Shown here piece after piece: positions 1-13,790 of a DNA stretch of 62,192 nt. Source of the DNA: Malassezia furfur (taxonomy: Eukaryota); NCBI GenBank assembly GCA_052055015.1, contig JBQJIT010000021.1. One strand, 5' to 3'. A model generated the notes under the pieces. It was not told where the DNA came from. It worked only from the letters and a program-made list of their open reading frames with translations, and did not search any database. Position numbers and translations under genes: made by a program. Each line of letters opens with the position of its first letter. Positions within the stretch are counted from its first letter, which is position 1.

Positions 1-727
1 TCGCCCACGGCGCCGTACGTGCGCCGGCGGGCGTGCTCGCGCCCTTTCCGTCGGCAGTCGGCGCGGCCGGCGAGGTGCTTGCGGCAGCCGTCGTCGCGCT
101 GCTGCGGTTCGCCCATGACGCCATCGGCGACTCGGAGCGAGGCGCAGGGCGCACCGCCGGGCGCATGGTTGTCAGCCGACTCGTCACGACCGGTGCAGGC
201 GCGGAAGCCGCGGGCTTTTGCGTCGCTTGCGCCGCGGCGGCGCTTGCGTTCTGCAAGAAACGCTGGTTGATGTTCAGCGACGAGAATTTTTTGGGGTGCG
301 CAGACGCAAGGCGCGGCGAGTTGTCGGCGCTCGCGGTGCTGCTGGTGCCGGGTGCTTCGGTGGGCGTGTCGCGCGTCGGCGCCGCTTCAGCGGGCTGCGA
401 CGCGTCGGACGCCGCAGGTGCCGCCTCGGTAGACGGCAACGCGTCCGATGCCGCGGGCGGTGCTTCGGCTGGCTGGGACGCGTTGGGCGCCGCGCGCTCT
501 GCTGGCGCTGCATCCTCGGAAGCAGTGGATGTCGGTGCACTTGCATCGGCGCTGTGCGCCTCTGTGCTCACACCTGCCGCCGGGTTGGCGTCGGCGGTGC
601 CGAGCGCCGCATCGCTGCCGAGCCCCGCCGGCGCCGTGTCCTTCGTCTCGGGTGCAGGCTGCGACGCGGGCGCATGTTCCGTATGCGTGTTCGCCGCGGC
701 GGCCATGTGCTCTCCGCTCTCGCTCAT
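1..727 (-). CDS. Uncharacterised low-complexity (A/P/S/T-rich) protein, 5' part; runs off the window start
   Basis: Minus-strand ATG at 727 gives MSESGEHMAAAANTHTEHAP... and stays open to the window edge. It contains the motif HPKKFSSLNINQRFLQ. The plus-strand ORF 33..1079 is its antisense shadow. Confidence 0.6.
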   Translation of the reverse strand, partial: MSESGEHMAAAANTHTEHAPASQPAPETKDTAPAGLGSDAALGTADANPAAGVSTEAHSADASAPTSTASEDAAPAERAAPNASQPAEAPPAASDALPSTEAAPAASDASQPAEAAPTRDTPTEAPGTSSTASADNSPRLASAHPKKFSSLNINQRFLQNASAAAAQATQKPAASAPAPVVTSRLTTMRPAVRPAPRSESPMASWANRSSATTAAASTSPAAPTADGKGASTPAGARTAPWA

Positions 728-844
728 GCACGCTGTCCGTCCGGCGTGCCACGGCGCAATTCGAGCGTGCCCCGCCCAGTGGCGACAGAAAAGGGAGGCA
801 GGGAAATTTGGGAAGATTGGGAATTACGCACCGCGGCCATCGCG

Positions 845-1852
845 ATGGACGAGAGGGACCCGGCGGCGCACGGCGCGCGCGTCGTGGTGTACGTTTCCTG
901 CCTTACACAGACACGCGCTGCCACTTATGGTCATGGTCGAGCACCTTGCACGGTCACAACTCGCGCAGGAACCGCATAGTAGGTGTTGCACACGCCTTAC
1001 CCAGCGTTCGGCATCCTCCTCGGCACCTTCTCGGGCTCGCACATCGAGGTGCACAGCGCATTTGAGGTGCCCGCCGTGACGTCCTCAGAAGCACGTCTAG
1101 ACTCCGCCTTTTTGCGCCGGAGACAGGAGCAGTGTAGGTTGCGCGCCGCACTCACACGCAGTCCAGCAGGTCTTCCCCACATGGGACGTTGTCGGCTGGT
1201 ACACGGTGCAGCAGCTCCCCGCCACGGCCGAGGCCATCACCAAGGAACTACAAACGTATACACCGGAACCGCTCGCGATTGTACTTCACCCCAGCACCGC
1301 AGCCTACACACACGCTCAGAAAACGGGCACGCTGCCGATCACTGCCTACCTGCCCAGCAATGGCTCGCTGGAGCCTACGACTGCCGCACTCGGTACTGCG
1401 CCTGCAGAGCACGTCGTACTGAGCGACGCCAATAGCCGCGCACGGCACACGGGCGACGAGTCATCCGCAGAGAGCAACGCGATCCTCGCCGCGCTTACCG
1501 CCGAACGTGGCGCCATGCAGGCGCTCTGCGAGCGTCTTCAAAGCGCTTGCGCATACGTTGATGGTGTACAGCAAGGGGTGCATCCCCACAACGATGCCCT
1601 GCTCCGCCGACTCGCGGCGGCCGTCGCGAACCAGGGTAGTCGCGCACCGCCGCGCTTTGACGCACTTCAGGAACGCGTACGTATGCACGCATGCGTTTCC
1701 CACACTTACACAGGACGCCGACTATGCACACATGATGGACTACCTCGCCGACCTGACCAACAACCTGCACGCACTTAACGAGGTACGTGCGTCGCCCCGC
1801 ACTCACACAGCTGGTGGAGCTGGGTAGCTTGAGCGCGCGCCGCGGGGTGTAG
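845..1852 (+). CDS. CSN6: COP9 signalosome subunit 6 (inactive MPN domain); 5 introns: 889-910, 979-1004, 1134-1161, 1677-1713, 1783-1810
   Basis: Splicing restores VVVHALPLMVMVEHLAR, TFGILLGT, EVHSAFEV, FLRRRQEQFQQVFPTWDVVGWY and a C-terminal DYAHMMDYLADLT, which are hallmarks of CSN6/eIF3f-type MPN proteins. All introns are GT..AG with a CTYAC branch motif. Confidence 0.8.
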
Positions 1853-1911
1853 CACGTGGCCACACGTGGCATAGGCGCGTCGTCGCGGCTCGTCGTTTAA
1901 CGTGCGCGGCG

Positions 1912-4429
<2,518 letters not shown>

Positions 4430-4544
4430 ACGTAGCAGGGGTGATTAGTCATTCGGCCGAACTGCCCGAACACGGCGGGGGAAACACGCGCGCAGGGTTT
4501 CCCAGCCACGTCCGGTTGTGTGCGTGGGGCTTCTGGAACGAACG

Positions 4545-5212
4545 ATGGCCGCCGAATCGAACTACGACTACCTATTCAAGGTGGTGCTCATTGGTGACTC
4601 TGGTACGGGTAAATCCAACCTGTTGTCGCGGTTCACGCGCAACGAGTTCAGCTTGGAGAGCCGCAGCACCATCGGTGTCGAGTTTGCGACGCGCAGTATC
4701 AACGTCGACGGTAAGACCGTCAAGGCGCAGATTTGGGACACGGCGGGCCAGGAGCGCTACCGCGCGATCACCTCTGCGTACTACCGTGGTGCAGTGGGTG
4801 CGCTGCTTGTGTACGATATCGCGAAGCACTCGACGTACGTCAATGTCTCGCGCTGGCTCAAGGAGCTGCGCGACCATGCCGACAGCAACATTGTGGTGAT
4901 GCTGGTCGGTAACAAGAGCGATCTGCGGCACCTGCGTGCGGTGCCTACCGAGGAGGCCAAGGCGTTTGCGGCCGAGAACAACCTTTCGTTCATCGAGACG
5001 TCGGCGCTGGATGCGTCCAACGTTGAGCAGGCGTTCCAGAATATCTTGACGGGTACGTGGTGATGTGGGCTCATTCAGAAATCTACCGCATTGTGTCGAA
5101 CAAGCAACTGCAGTCGTCGGACGACGTCATCAAGCCGACCGGCGGTGAGACCATTTCGGTCCAGCCGAGTGCCGACGACGGCGGCCAGCAGAAGAAGGGC
5201 GGGTGCTGCTAA
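4545..5212 (+). CDS. YPT31: Rab11/Ypt31-family small GTPase; intron 5053-5078
   Basis: Motifs: [50 protein letters not shown] and ETSA. The spliced C-terminus ends KKGGCC (prenylation site). Confidence 0.95.
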
Positions 5213-5250
5213 TCTATCGTGGTTTATCATAGTGTACAAGCTTCAGTTCG

Positions 5251-5733
5251 TCAAGACGGTGGTGTGGGTGTGGCGTAGAGCTGGGTGTACATCTGGCAAA
5301 GCGCGCGGTAGGCGACTTCGTCGCACCGCGCGAGGTTCGCAGCGTCGACGTTCAGCGGGCTGTCGGGCTCGGGGACATCCATCAGGGCAAGAATCGCGGT
5401 GCAGGCGCTCTGCAACGTCCACGCAGGTGACCATTGCGACTGGAGCACATCGAGGCAGATTTCGCCGGTCTTCCAGTCTACATTGGGGTGGAAGATGCGC
5501 GTGGTGAAGCGCATGGTGGGCGGCTTGGTCGGGTAAGTGGGCGGCACCTGGATTCGGAGCGCAAAGCGTCCGCCGCCATATGCACCCGTGTGCGGCGCGA
5601 CGAGCTCTGCGTGCCATTCCATGAGGTCGTCTTCGTGGACCGGCTCGAGCGCCGCGACGAGCTCAGCCTGGCCACGCGCGCGTTCCTTGTGCACGGCAGC
5701 CAGCTCATGAAGGAGGCGTTTGCTTGCGCCCAT
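5251..5733 (-). CDS. PEX4: Ubiquitin-conjugating E2 enzyme, Pex4/Ubc10-like
   Basis: Motifs: MGASKRLLHEL, IFHPNVDWKTGEICLDVL (catalytic Cys) and WSPAWTLQSACTAILALMDVPEPDSPLNVDAANL, which is typical of Pex4. The start could instead be the ATG at 5745. Confidence 0.8.
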   Translation of the reverse strand: MGASKRLLHELAAVHKERARGQAELVAALEPVHEDDLMEWHAELVAPHTGAYGGGRFALRIQVPPTYPTKPPTMRFTTRIFHPNVDWKTGEICLDVLQSQWSPAWTLQSACTAILALMDVPEPDSPLNVDAANLARCDEVAYRALCQMYTQLYATPTPPS

Positions 5734-5928
5734 CGGTCCTGGCATGCCTGTGGGTGGTGTGCGTGCGTCCCAGCCAAAAACTGCAAAAGCCGGGCGAGCA
5801 GAAGGGGTGACGACGCCCAAGTGTGGGGAGGCCACCACAACGCAGCGCCCGACGCTTAAATACCCGATGCCCAATAATTCCTCCCTTGAACCGGCGCCTT
5901 GTCTGGCCACGAGCCGCGAGCGGGAGGC

Positions 5929-8900
5929 ATGAATCACTTGCCGCGGGGTACAGAGTACGCCCCGGGCGGGGAGTATGCCGCCCTGCCATACCCCATGGGC
6001 TACCAGATGTCGCCGACACCGGGCGCTTTGTATACGTCGTCACCACCGACGATGCATGCCGTCGATGCCAGCGGCGCGCGCGGGGCGCGCGGCTACGCCG
6101 ACGATGCGCGCGCGCCATATATGCGGCACATCCGTAACAGCTCGAGTCCGGCTGGCATTCACGACCGGTACGCTGACCCAGCGTGGTCGTCACCGACGCC
6201 TCCGAGCACGGGCACGCCGTGGAGTGCCGCCGCGATGCACTCGCCACGCCGCCGCTCGCACGTCTTGCAGCCGCGCACGACGCCGGTGCGGATGAGCTCC
6301 GAGGGCGAGCGTGTCATGTCGCCGACGATCCCGTCGATGCGCCCATTGAACGCCACGCGCCCCTTTTCGTCGTCGTCCATGCACAGCCAAAGCTCGGCGT
6401 CGAGCAGCGACCATGGCGCGACCGACCGCGTACTGATCCAGGCGACCCGCGACAACGAGCACTTTTCGGTGGTGAACGTGTCAGGTCTGAACTCGGCGCC
6501 GGCGATCAAAGCGTGTATTTTGCACAAGCTGCAGATCGCGACGCAGGACGCGAACCAGTGGGGCCTCGTACGCACCGAGATCGGCTCCTCAGACCTGAGC
6601 AACTCGCCACTGATCGACGACGACACGCTACTAGCGCTGTGCCTGCAGCTTGGTGACGACAAGGGCACGATTAAGTTTCTTGTACAGCCGCTCGCGCCAC
6701 CGCCGCCACCGCAGCCACAGCAGCCGCAGCCGCAGCCGTCCGCGCCGTCGGGCGGTCAGGTATGGGCGTACGAGTCGCCCCGACTGCGTGCGACCACATC
6801 GCCGGGTGCTGGCGCACCCCGCGCGGTTGTGGCGCCGTGGCAGATGCCCAAACCTAGTGCCAGTGTGCCGTGGGGCGGTACGTACGCCGCGCCCTCGAGC
6901 GTGCACGAGGCCATGGCGCTGGGGCAGTGGCCAGCGCCGTCGCCACTGCGCCGCGCGCCGCCAAACGCGACGCCAGCGTGGAGCGGGGGGATCGCACAGG
7001 GTGCGCCGCCGACGTACACGTCTGCGGGCAACCGCCAAGTCGCGCAGCTTCAGCGGATGGCCGCTCATGCATCCAACCTGCAGCCGGGCATGACGGTACA
7101 GAGCGCGTTGGGTGCCGCGTCGCCCAACGCCACGCCCAAGCCTGCGGCGCCGCCCGAGGCACCTGCGTCGCTGCAGCCGGCGCACCCCGCGTACCGGCAG
7201 CCACCTACGTCGTCGATCCCCACGCCGGCAACCGTCGCACTGCCGCCGTCGCCCGCGCCGGCGTCTGCCGCGGAAGCGGCGCCGCCCGGGTACGAGCAGG
7301 CGATGCAGACGTCTGCGCCCAAGCCACGCGCCTACTCGCATTCGTCGCTCGATGCACGCACGTCTGCCTTCCGCGCGCTGACGACGCCGAGCTCTGCCGA
7401 GTCCCGTGCAGGGCCTGTGGCGTCGCCGTCGATGGCGCACACCGACTCGGGCAGTGCAAGCGTCGTATCAGACGAGCGACCGAGCGTATACCCCCTGTTC
7501 AAAAGCGACGAGCGGCTCGACGCGGCCGATGTGCGCGAGTGCGAGCGGAGTGTGCGTCCCCTGCCGATTGTGCCGTCGCCCGTGTCGGCGTCCGGGAGCA
7601 GTGTACGACAGCCCGACTCGGCGGCGCCCTCGTCGGCGCACGGCGAAGCGGCCGCCCAGCGGCTCTCGTGGAATCGCGAGCAAGGCTCGTCGGGCACGAC
7701 GGCGACGAGCGTCTCGACGCCTTTTTCTGACACCAGCGAGGATGAGCGGCAGGCGTCGGTGCAGCGGCTCATGCAGCACATGCGCCTCGCCGAGGAGCGC
7801 AAGGCGGACGCCACCATGCCCACGTTTGACTCGTTTTCGGACGACACGCTCGGCGGCACATTTGCACAGTCGCTCGATGCGTCGACGCTGCGCGACAGCG
7901 ACACGCTGCGTGCCGACCGCAGCGGCGCGTCGACGTTGCGCGACGAGACGAGCCGCCCGGTGCTGACGCTGAGCATCTCGCCGACCACGGCGCAGCGTGC
8001 AGCGCCGCTCGTGCCGGCGCCCGAGCGTGGGCGTGCGGTGGAGCGCACGAGCTCGTTTGCGAACCGCGACCAGCTGTGGGCATTCCGTCCACCAACCGAG
8101 CAGCTGTACGAGCAGCTCGACGACCTCTTCCCGCGGCACGACCTCGACAAGCCGCTGTCGGAGACGGCAACGTCGGCCCAGACGCCGCCCGATGTCGCCG
8201 CAGGACAGACGCCGCTGTCTGGCGGGCGCGAGGCGACCACCGTGGCGCCGGGTGCGGTGCAGTTTGCGCCCAAGGCCTCGCGTGGCCTCGCACGCAACCA
8301 GCACCATTCCATCCGCGTCATTGCACAGAACCGCAAGCGGTTCCTCGAAAAGACGAAGCATGTCGAGCGGCGGCGCGCGTCGCGCGACGCATCGCTTCTC
8401 GACCGCCGGCGGTCCACCAAGCTGTGGGGCGGGCGCATGGTCGAGATGCGTACCAACGAGCCCGAGTCGGTCGGTGTCGTGCCGGACAGCACCATGGGGC
8501 CCGAAGTCGAGCCGAGCGCCCGGCCCGTGTTCAAGTGGGTGAAGGGTGACTTGATCGGCAAGGGCACCTATGGACGCGTGTACCTCGCGCTGAACGCCAC
8601 GACCGGTGAGATGATCGCCGTGAAGCAGGTCGAACTGCCGCGCACGAGCGCCGACCGCGACTCGAGTCGGCAGCGTGGCGTGGTGGCTGCGCTGCGCTCG
8701 GAGATCGAGACGCTGAAGGATCTCGACCACCCAAACGTGGTGACGTGCCTCGGATTTGAACAGACGCTCGACACACTCAGCATCTTCCTCGAGTACGTCC
8801 CCGGTGGGTCGATCGGGTCGTGCCTGCGCAAGCATGGCAAGTTTGACGAGGACACAGTGAGCTCGTTCTTGAACCAGACGCTGCAGGGCCTCGCGTACCT

Positions 8901-9411
8901 GCACAAGCAGGGCATCCTGCACCGCGACCTCAAGGCGGACAACCTCCTTGTCGACTTCCAGGGTACGTGCAAGATCTCCGACTTTGGCACGGTGCGCCGC
9001 AGCGACGACATCTACAGCAACGTCGAGGACATGTCGCTGCAAGGCAGCATCTTCTGGATGGCACCCGAGGTGATGGGCCTCTCACGCAAGGGGTACAGCG
9101 CCAAGGTCGACATTTGGAGTCTAGGCTGCGTCGTGCTCGAGATGCTCGCAGGACGCCGCCCGTGGTCCGATGAGGAGGCGATCCAGGCCATGTTCAAGAT
9201 CGGCGCCGAGCGCCGAGCGCCCCCCATCCCCGCAGACTGCCGGCCCTCGAAGCCCGCCGCACACTTCCTGCGAAACTGCTTCGAGATCGATCCGGACCGG
9301 CGGCCAACGGCGGCACGGCTACTCGAACACGTGTTCGCCTGGCCGTCGCCCGACTACAGCTTTGAGCGCTCCGCGCTCTACCAGGCCCTCCACAAAAACC
9401 CTGTAGATTAA
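5929..9411 (+). CDS. BCK1: MAP kinase kinase kinase of the cell-wall-integrity pathway (Bck1/Mkh1)
   Basis: C-terminal STE11-family kinase domain: FKWVKGDLIGKGTYGRVYLALNATTGEMIAVKQVE, HRDLKADN, GSIFWMAPEV, GYSAKVDIWSLGC. The upstream WAFRPPTEQLYEQLDDLFPRHDLDKP and RRRSTKLWG motifs are characteristic of Bck1. Confidence 0.92.
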   Translation: MNHLPRGTEYAPGGEYAALPYPMGYQMSPTPGALYTSSPPTMHAVDASGARGARGYADDARAPYMRHIRNSSSPAGIHDRYADPAWSSPTPPSTGTPWSAAAMHSPRRRSHVLQPRTTPVRMSSEGERVMSPTIPSMRPLNATRPFSSSSMHSQSSASSSDHGATDRVLIQATRDNEHFSVVNVSGLNSAPAIKACILHKLQIATQDANQWGLVRTEIGSSDLSNSPLIDDDTLLALCLQLGDDKGTIKFLVQPLAPPPPPQPQQPQPQPSAPSGGQVWAYESPRLRATTSPGAGAPRAVVAPWQMPKPSASVPWGGTYAAPSSVHEAMALGQWPAPSPLRRAPPNATPAWSGGIAQGAPPTYTSAGNRQVAQLQRMAAHASNLQPGMTVQSALGAASPNATPKPAAPPEAPASLQPAHPAYRQPPTSSIPTPATVALPPSPAPASAAEAAPPGYEQAMQTSAPKPRAYSHSSLDARTSAFRALTTPSSAESRAGPVASPSMAHTDSGSASVVSDERPSVYPLFKSDERLDAADVRECERSVRPLPIVPSPVSASGSSVRQPDSAAPSSAHGEAAAQRLSWNREQGSSGTTATSVSTPFSDTSEDERQASVQRLMQHMRLAEERKADATMPTFDSFSDDTLGGTFAQSLDASTLRDSDTLRADRSGASTLRDETSRPVLTLSISPTTAQRAAPLVPAPERGRAVERTSSFANRDQLWAFRPPTEQLYEQLDDLFPRHDLDKPLSETATSAQTPPDVAAGQTPLSGGREATTVAPGAVQFAPKASRGLARNQHHSIRVIAQNRKRFLEKTKHVERRRASRDASLLDRRRSTKLWGGRMVEMRTNEPESVGVVPDSTMGPEVEPSARPVFKWVKGDLIGKGTYGRVYLALNATTGEMIAVKQVELPRTSADRDSSRQRGVVAALRSEIETLKDLDHPNVVTCLGFEQTLDTLSIFLEYVPGGSIGSCLRKHGKFDEDTVSSFLNQTLQGLAYLHKQGILHRDLKADNLLVDFQGTCKISDFGTVRRSDDIYSNVEDMSLQGSIFWMAPEVMGLSRKGYSAKVDIWSLGCVVLEMLAGRRPWSDEEAIQAMFKIGAERRAPPIPADCRPSKPAAHFLRNCFEIDPDRRPTAARLLEHVFAWPSPDYSFERSALYQALHKNPVD

Positions 9412-9483
9412 ACCGCGGCGCTGCCGCTTCGGCCGGCCGGTGGCTGAGTCAGCGTGGCCGCCCTCCTTCTTCCAGCGGCGAGG

Positions 9484-12328
9484 ATGAGCAGTGCGGCAGG
9501 CGCGGGCGCCGTCGGCGTCCAGGACGTGCTGAATGCACTGCAGCAGCTGTATAGCGATCCGAATCCGTCGATCAAGTCAGCAGCGAACGAGGCGCTGCAG
9601 CACTTTCAGAAAACCCAGGAGGCGTGGAGCACAGCCAATGCGCTGCTGCTCACGCAGGACCTGCCGCTCGAGTCGCGCCTGTTTGGCGCACAGACGTTCC
9701 GCAGCAAGGTACGCGCGCACACGCAGCTCACACCAGATTACGTTCGATCTCCAGCAACTCCCGCTCGATGCGCAGCTGTCGCTGCGCGACACGCTCATCG
9801 ACGCGCTGGCGATCTATGCCGCAGGGCCGCGCGTCGTGCAGACCCAGTTGTGCCTCGCGCTGGCGGCGCTTGCACTGCAGCTCCCAGAGAGCCACTGGCC
9901 GAACGTGGTGCCTGGAATGATCGACCGCTTCGGCAAGAGCGCCGACACGGTCAACGTCCTCCTCGAGTTCCTCTCGGTGCTCCCCGAAGAAGTTGCCCAG
10001 AACCACCGCATCCCGGTGAGCAACGCGACCTACCATGAGCGCATGCCGCAGCTCCTTACGCAGCAGGCCACGGTCGTGCTGGAGCTGCTGTCCATGTACA
10101 TCCGCGCCGACGGCGTCACGACTTCCATCCAAGAAACCATCTTTCACTGCCTGCGCAGCTGGCTCAAGGCTGGCGAGGTGTCGGCCAACCAGCTCGCTGC
10201 TACGCCGCTTCTTCCCCTCACGTTCGAAGCACTCGAGTCTGACGCGTTGTTTGATGTCGCGGTGGACGTGCTATGCGACTTGATTCACGAAACCCAAGAA
10301 ATTGACGAAAACCAGGCAGTGATCCAGGTGCTCCTGCCCCGCATCCAGGCATTGCGCCCTGCGCTTGTCCAGGCGGGCGATGACGAAGACCGCGTTCGTG
10401 GTCTGTGTCGCATCTTTGTGCAGGCGGGCGAGACCTATCACACGCTGTTTTTGCAGCACGCCGCCGAACTGCTGCCCATCGTGCAGGCGATCCTCGAGTG
10501 TGCGTCGTACCATGACCTGGACATTGTCCAGATCACCTTCCGCTTCTGGTACTTGCTCGCGACGCACGTGCACAAGGCCGCGGCAGAGCACAACCCTGCC
10601 GTCGTGCCGTTCCGCGAGGTGTATGAACAGCTGTTTGCGATCATCATTCGGCACCTGCACTTCCCCAACGAGGAGCTCACGGGCCAGGAGCGTGACGATT
10701 TCCGCTCCTTCCGGCACTACATGGGCGACACGTTGAAGGACTGTTGCTATGTGCTCGGCGCCGAGGTGTGCTTGGCCCGCTCGCTTCACATGATCGAAAC
10801 GGCGCTCGCAGAAGAGTCGCCGACGCTGCGTTGGCAGGACATTGAGGCTCCCCTCTTCTCGATGCGGTCGATGGGTGCCCAGGTCGACCTGCGCGAAAAC
10901 GATGTCATCCCCCGTATTTTTGCCATCATCCCGCGCCTACCACCGCACCCGCGTTTGCGGTACGCAGGGCTATTGGTGCTTTCGCGGTATACCGAGTGGG
11001 TGGAGCAGCATCCCGAGCGCATCCCCGAGGTGCTTACGTTCATCACGACGGGCTTTGATCGCTCCGACAAGGACATCTCGGCGGCAGCCGCGCAGGCGAT
11101 GAACTTTTTGTGCCAGGACTGCAGCGACCACCTCGCACCCTACTTTGGCCAGCTGCTCGAGTTCTTCCAGTCGATCAAGGACCAGCTGGCGGTCGACGAC
11201 CTGCTCGCAATCGTCGAAGCCATTGCGCATGTCATTGCCGCGATGCCGTCTGCGGAAGCGATCGAGTCGCTCGTCCAATTCACGCAGCCACTGCTTGAAA
11301 ACGTCCACGAAATCACCCTGCTTCCCTCGCCCAGCAAGCCCGATCTGATGCGCGCAGCTGATCGCATGGAGCAACTTGCACGCATTTTGCAGGTGATAGG
11401 TGTGTCGCTTGCGAGCACTTTACCGGACTCGTGCGCGGCGACGTGCTCGACGGCATATGGTATCCTAGACCGACTGCTGGAGCAGCACGGGAACGCATAC
11501 TTTATTTCGGAGCGCACCTCGGCACTGATTCGCCGTGCGCTCATCTTCTTTGGGGCGCGCGCTGAGCCGACCTTGCCGGCGCTGCTGGAGCGCTTTGCAA
11601 GCTGCTTTGAGAGCACAGGCTACTCTGGCTACGTCTGGATCATCGGTAAATCGATCGACCAGTTTGGACACCAAGCTGGTGGCCACCTGCACAGTCTGTT
11701 GGCGCACGCGTTGGAGCGTGTCAGCAGTAAGGTTGTGCAGCTCCTGCATGCCACCCCGCCCGATCAACTCAGCGACGTACTTGACGACTATCTGCACACC
11801 TGCTTGGTGACCGTGCAGACGGCGCCGGGCATGCTGATCACCGCGCCCATATTCCCCCATGCTGTGCAGACCGCCGTACTTGCACTGGGCGCGGTGTCCC
11901 CCGCAGTGCATGGCATTGCCTCCGACTTTTTGCGCGCCTTGTTTGAGCTGCCAGGCACCCCAGCGGGCGCGGGCTACCTCGACCCTGTCCGCCAGGTGGT
12001 GGCTGAGCAGGGCTTTGCGGTATGCCAGGCGATGCTTCGTGGTCTGGTTACCTTCTTCCCCCCCGAAAATATGCCAGTGGTGGTCGGCACGATCAAGGCG
12101 CTGCAGCCGCTGGCGCAGGACGCGCTGCTCGCCTGGCTCGCGGCCGCGGCCGAGCAGCTTCCGCCGTCGGCCGTGTCGCAAGAAGACACAGCCAAGTTTC
12201 TGCAGTCGCTGCAGAGTGCGCCGTTCAGCCCCGAGCAGATCAAGCCGAGTCTTGTGGTGCTGTACGGTGCGTCGCGCAAGTCGCGTGAACGTGCGCGTCT
12301 CGATAAAGAGGCCGTAGGTAATACATAA
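9484..12328 (+). CDS. MTR10: Karyopherin-beta Mtr10 / transportin-SR; intron 9709-9736
   Basis: Importin N-terminal domain (VLNALQQLYSDPN...ANEALQHFQKTQEAW...FGAQTFRSKITFDLQQLP), plus DDFRSFRHYMGDTLKDCC and WQDIEAPLFSMRSMG. Confidence 0.9.
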
Positions 12329-12330
12329 GA

Positions 12331-13705
12331 CTATTCCACGCCGGATTCCTGCGTAAATTCGATATGCTTGGCAATGTCGCTCTGCGTTACCGACGGGCGG
12401 ACCGCGTGGATCGCTTTGAGGAAGTCGTTTAGCACCAGTTGAGGCTCCACCAGCTCGTCCGACGCCACGTCGGCCCATGACATCTCGATGGCATCCGTGT
12501 CGCCAGGCGAGCACGGCGTGTAAAATGTCTTGCCGTCCTCGCCGGGCAGCTTTTTAAAGTGTGTTGCATTCATCACGCGGCGCACGGGCTGCATCAGTGC
12601 CTCGCGCACAAGCACGGCAATATCGGAGCCCGAGTAGCCCTCGGTCTGCTCCGCAAGATCGCGCAGGTCCTTGGGAGTGAGGGTGCATGGCGTCGAGCCA
12701 ATATTCAGCTCGAACATGCGCCGCCGAGCGTCCAAGTCGGGAAGCGGGATATAGACGCGCTTCTCGAACCGGCGCTTGATGGCCACGTCGAGTGCCCAGG
12801 GAATATTGGTGGCGCCCAGCACAAGCACATCCGTTTGATCGTCGTTGCCCACTCCATTCATCTGCACCAGGAACTCGGTCTTGATACGCCGCGACGCCTC
12901 ACTCTCGCCCTCGGAGCGGGTACCGCACAGTGAGTCGACCTCGTCAATAAAGATGATTGACGGTCGCGCCTCGCGTGCCATTGCAAACAGTTGCTTGACC
13001 AGGCGCTCGCTCTCGCCCATCCACTTAGACACTAGGTCGGAGCTCGACACGCTGAAGAACGTCGAGTTGGACTGTGTTGCAATCGCCTTGGCCAAGTATG
13101 ACTTGCCGGTCCCTGGTGGACCGTACAGCAAGATACCGCTCCACGGCTTTCGCTTGCCAGTAAAGAGCTGCGGGAACTTGATCGGGAGGATGACGGCTTC
13201 CTTGAGTGCGTCCTTGGCGGTCGATAGCCCCGCAACGTCGTTCCAGCTGACATTGGGGCGCTCCGACAGAATTACACTAGAGAGACCAGAGCGTAGCTTC
13301 TTCGTCTCAGCATCGATGCTCTCTTCGCCATCGTCTGCCGACTTGGTCGCGCCACCGCCCGACGCCGCTTTGCCCGATTCGCCGTCGTTGTTCTGCGCCT
13401 TGGCGAGGTGTTCCTTGAGCTTCTCAGCACGGTCCAAATATTCCACAAATTTGGCGCGGATCAGCGCCTTGAGTTTCTCGTTTTTCTCGTCTGGGTCAGC
13501 CCCCGCAACGTACACTTCATCGCCATCATGAAGTAGTCGAGACTGTTTTGGTACTGAACGTACGCCTCCTGGTAGTTGTGCTTGACATCCTCGTCAATCG
13601 CACGCTGCACAATATCGATAGCTCTCTTATGGTCAGCACGTTGCTACACACGTCCAAGAAGTCGCCTTGTCCCCTGCGTCAGTGCCCCGCTTGCGCAACC
13701 TACAT
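12331..13705 (-). CDS. VPS4: ESCRT AAA-ATPase Vps4; introns 13703-13674 (splits the ATG), 13651-13626, 13513-13491
   Basis: Spliced N-terminus [30 protein letters not shown] (MIT domain). Also [37 protein letters not shown] and C-terminal TPCSPGD. Confidence 0.95.
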
Positions 13706-13790
13706 GTCGGTTCGCCGCCGCAGCGGTGGAGGAACGTGCCAAGAAGTGGAGGTTCTCCCAACCGTCCGTGAGGGTGCGCAGCCCGAGGGT

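Noticed and set aside
33..1079. 348-aa plus-strand ORF
   Set aside because: It is the antisense shadow of the minus-strand gene and then runs through CSN6 introns; there is no coherent protein.
7332..9042. Long minus-strand ORFs (411 and 524 aa) opposite BCK1
   Set aside because: Expected antisense ORFs from high GC and G/C-ending codon bias; no motifs.
13548..13790. N-terminal extensions given by the ORF track (PLD here; likewise citrate synthase, PEX4, rhomboid, TFB4, cyclin L)
   Set aside because: They mostly start at non-ATG codons and overlap neighbouring genes or promoters. Downstream ATGs fit the homologue N-termini better.
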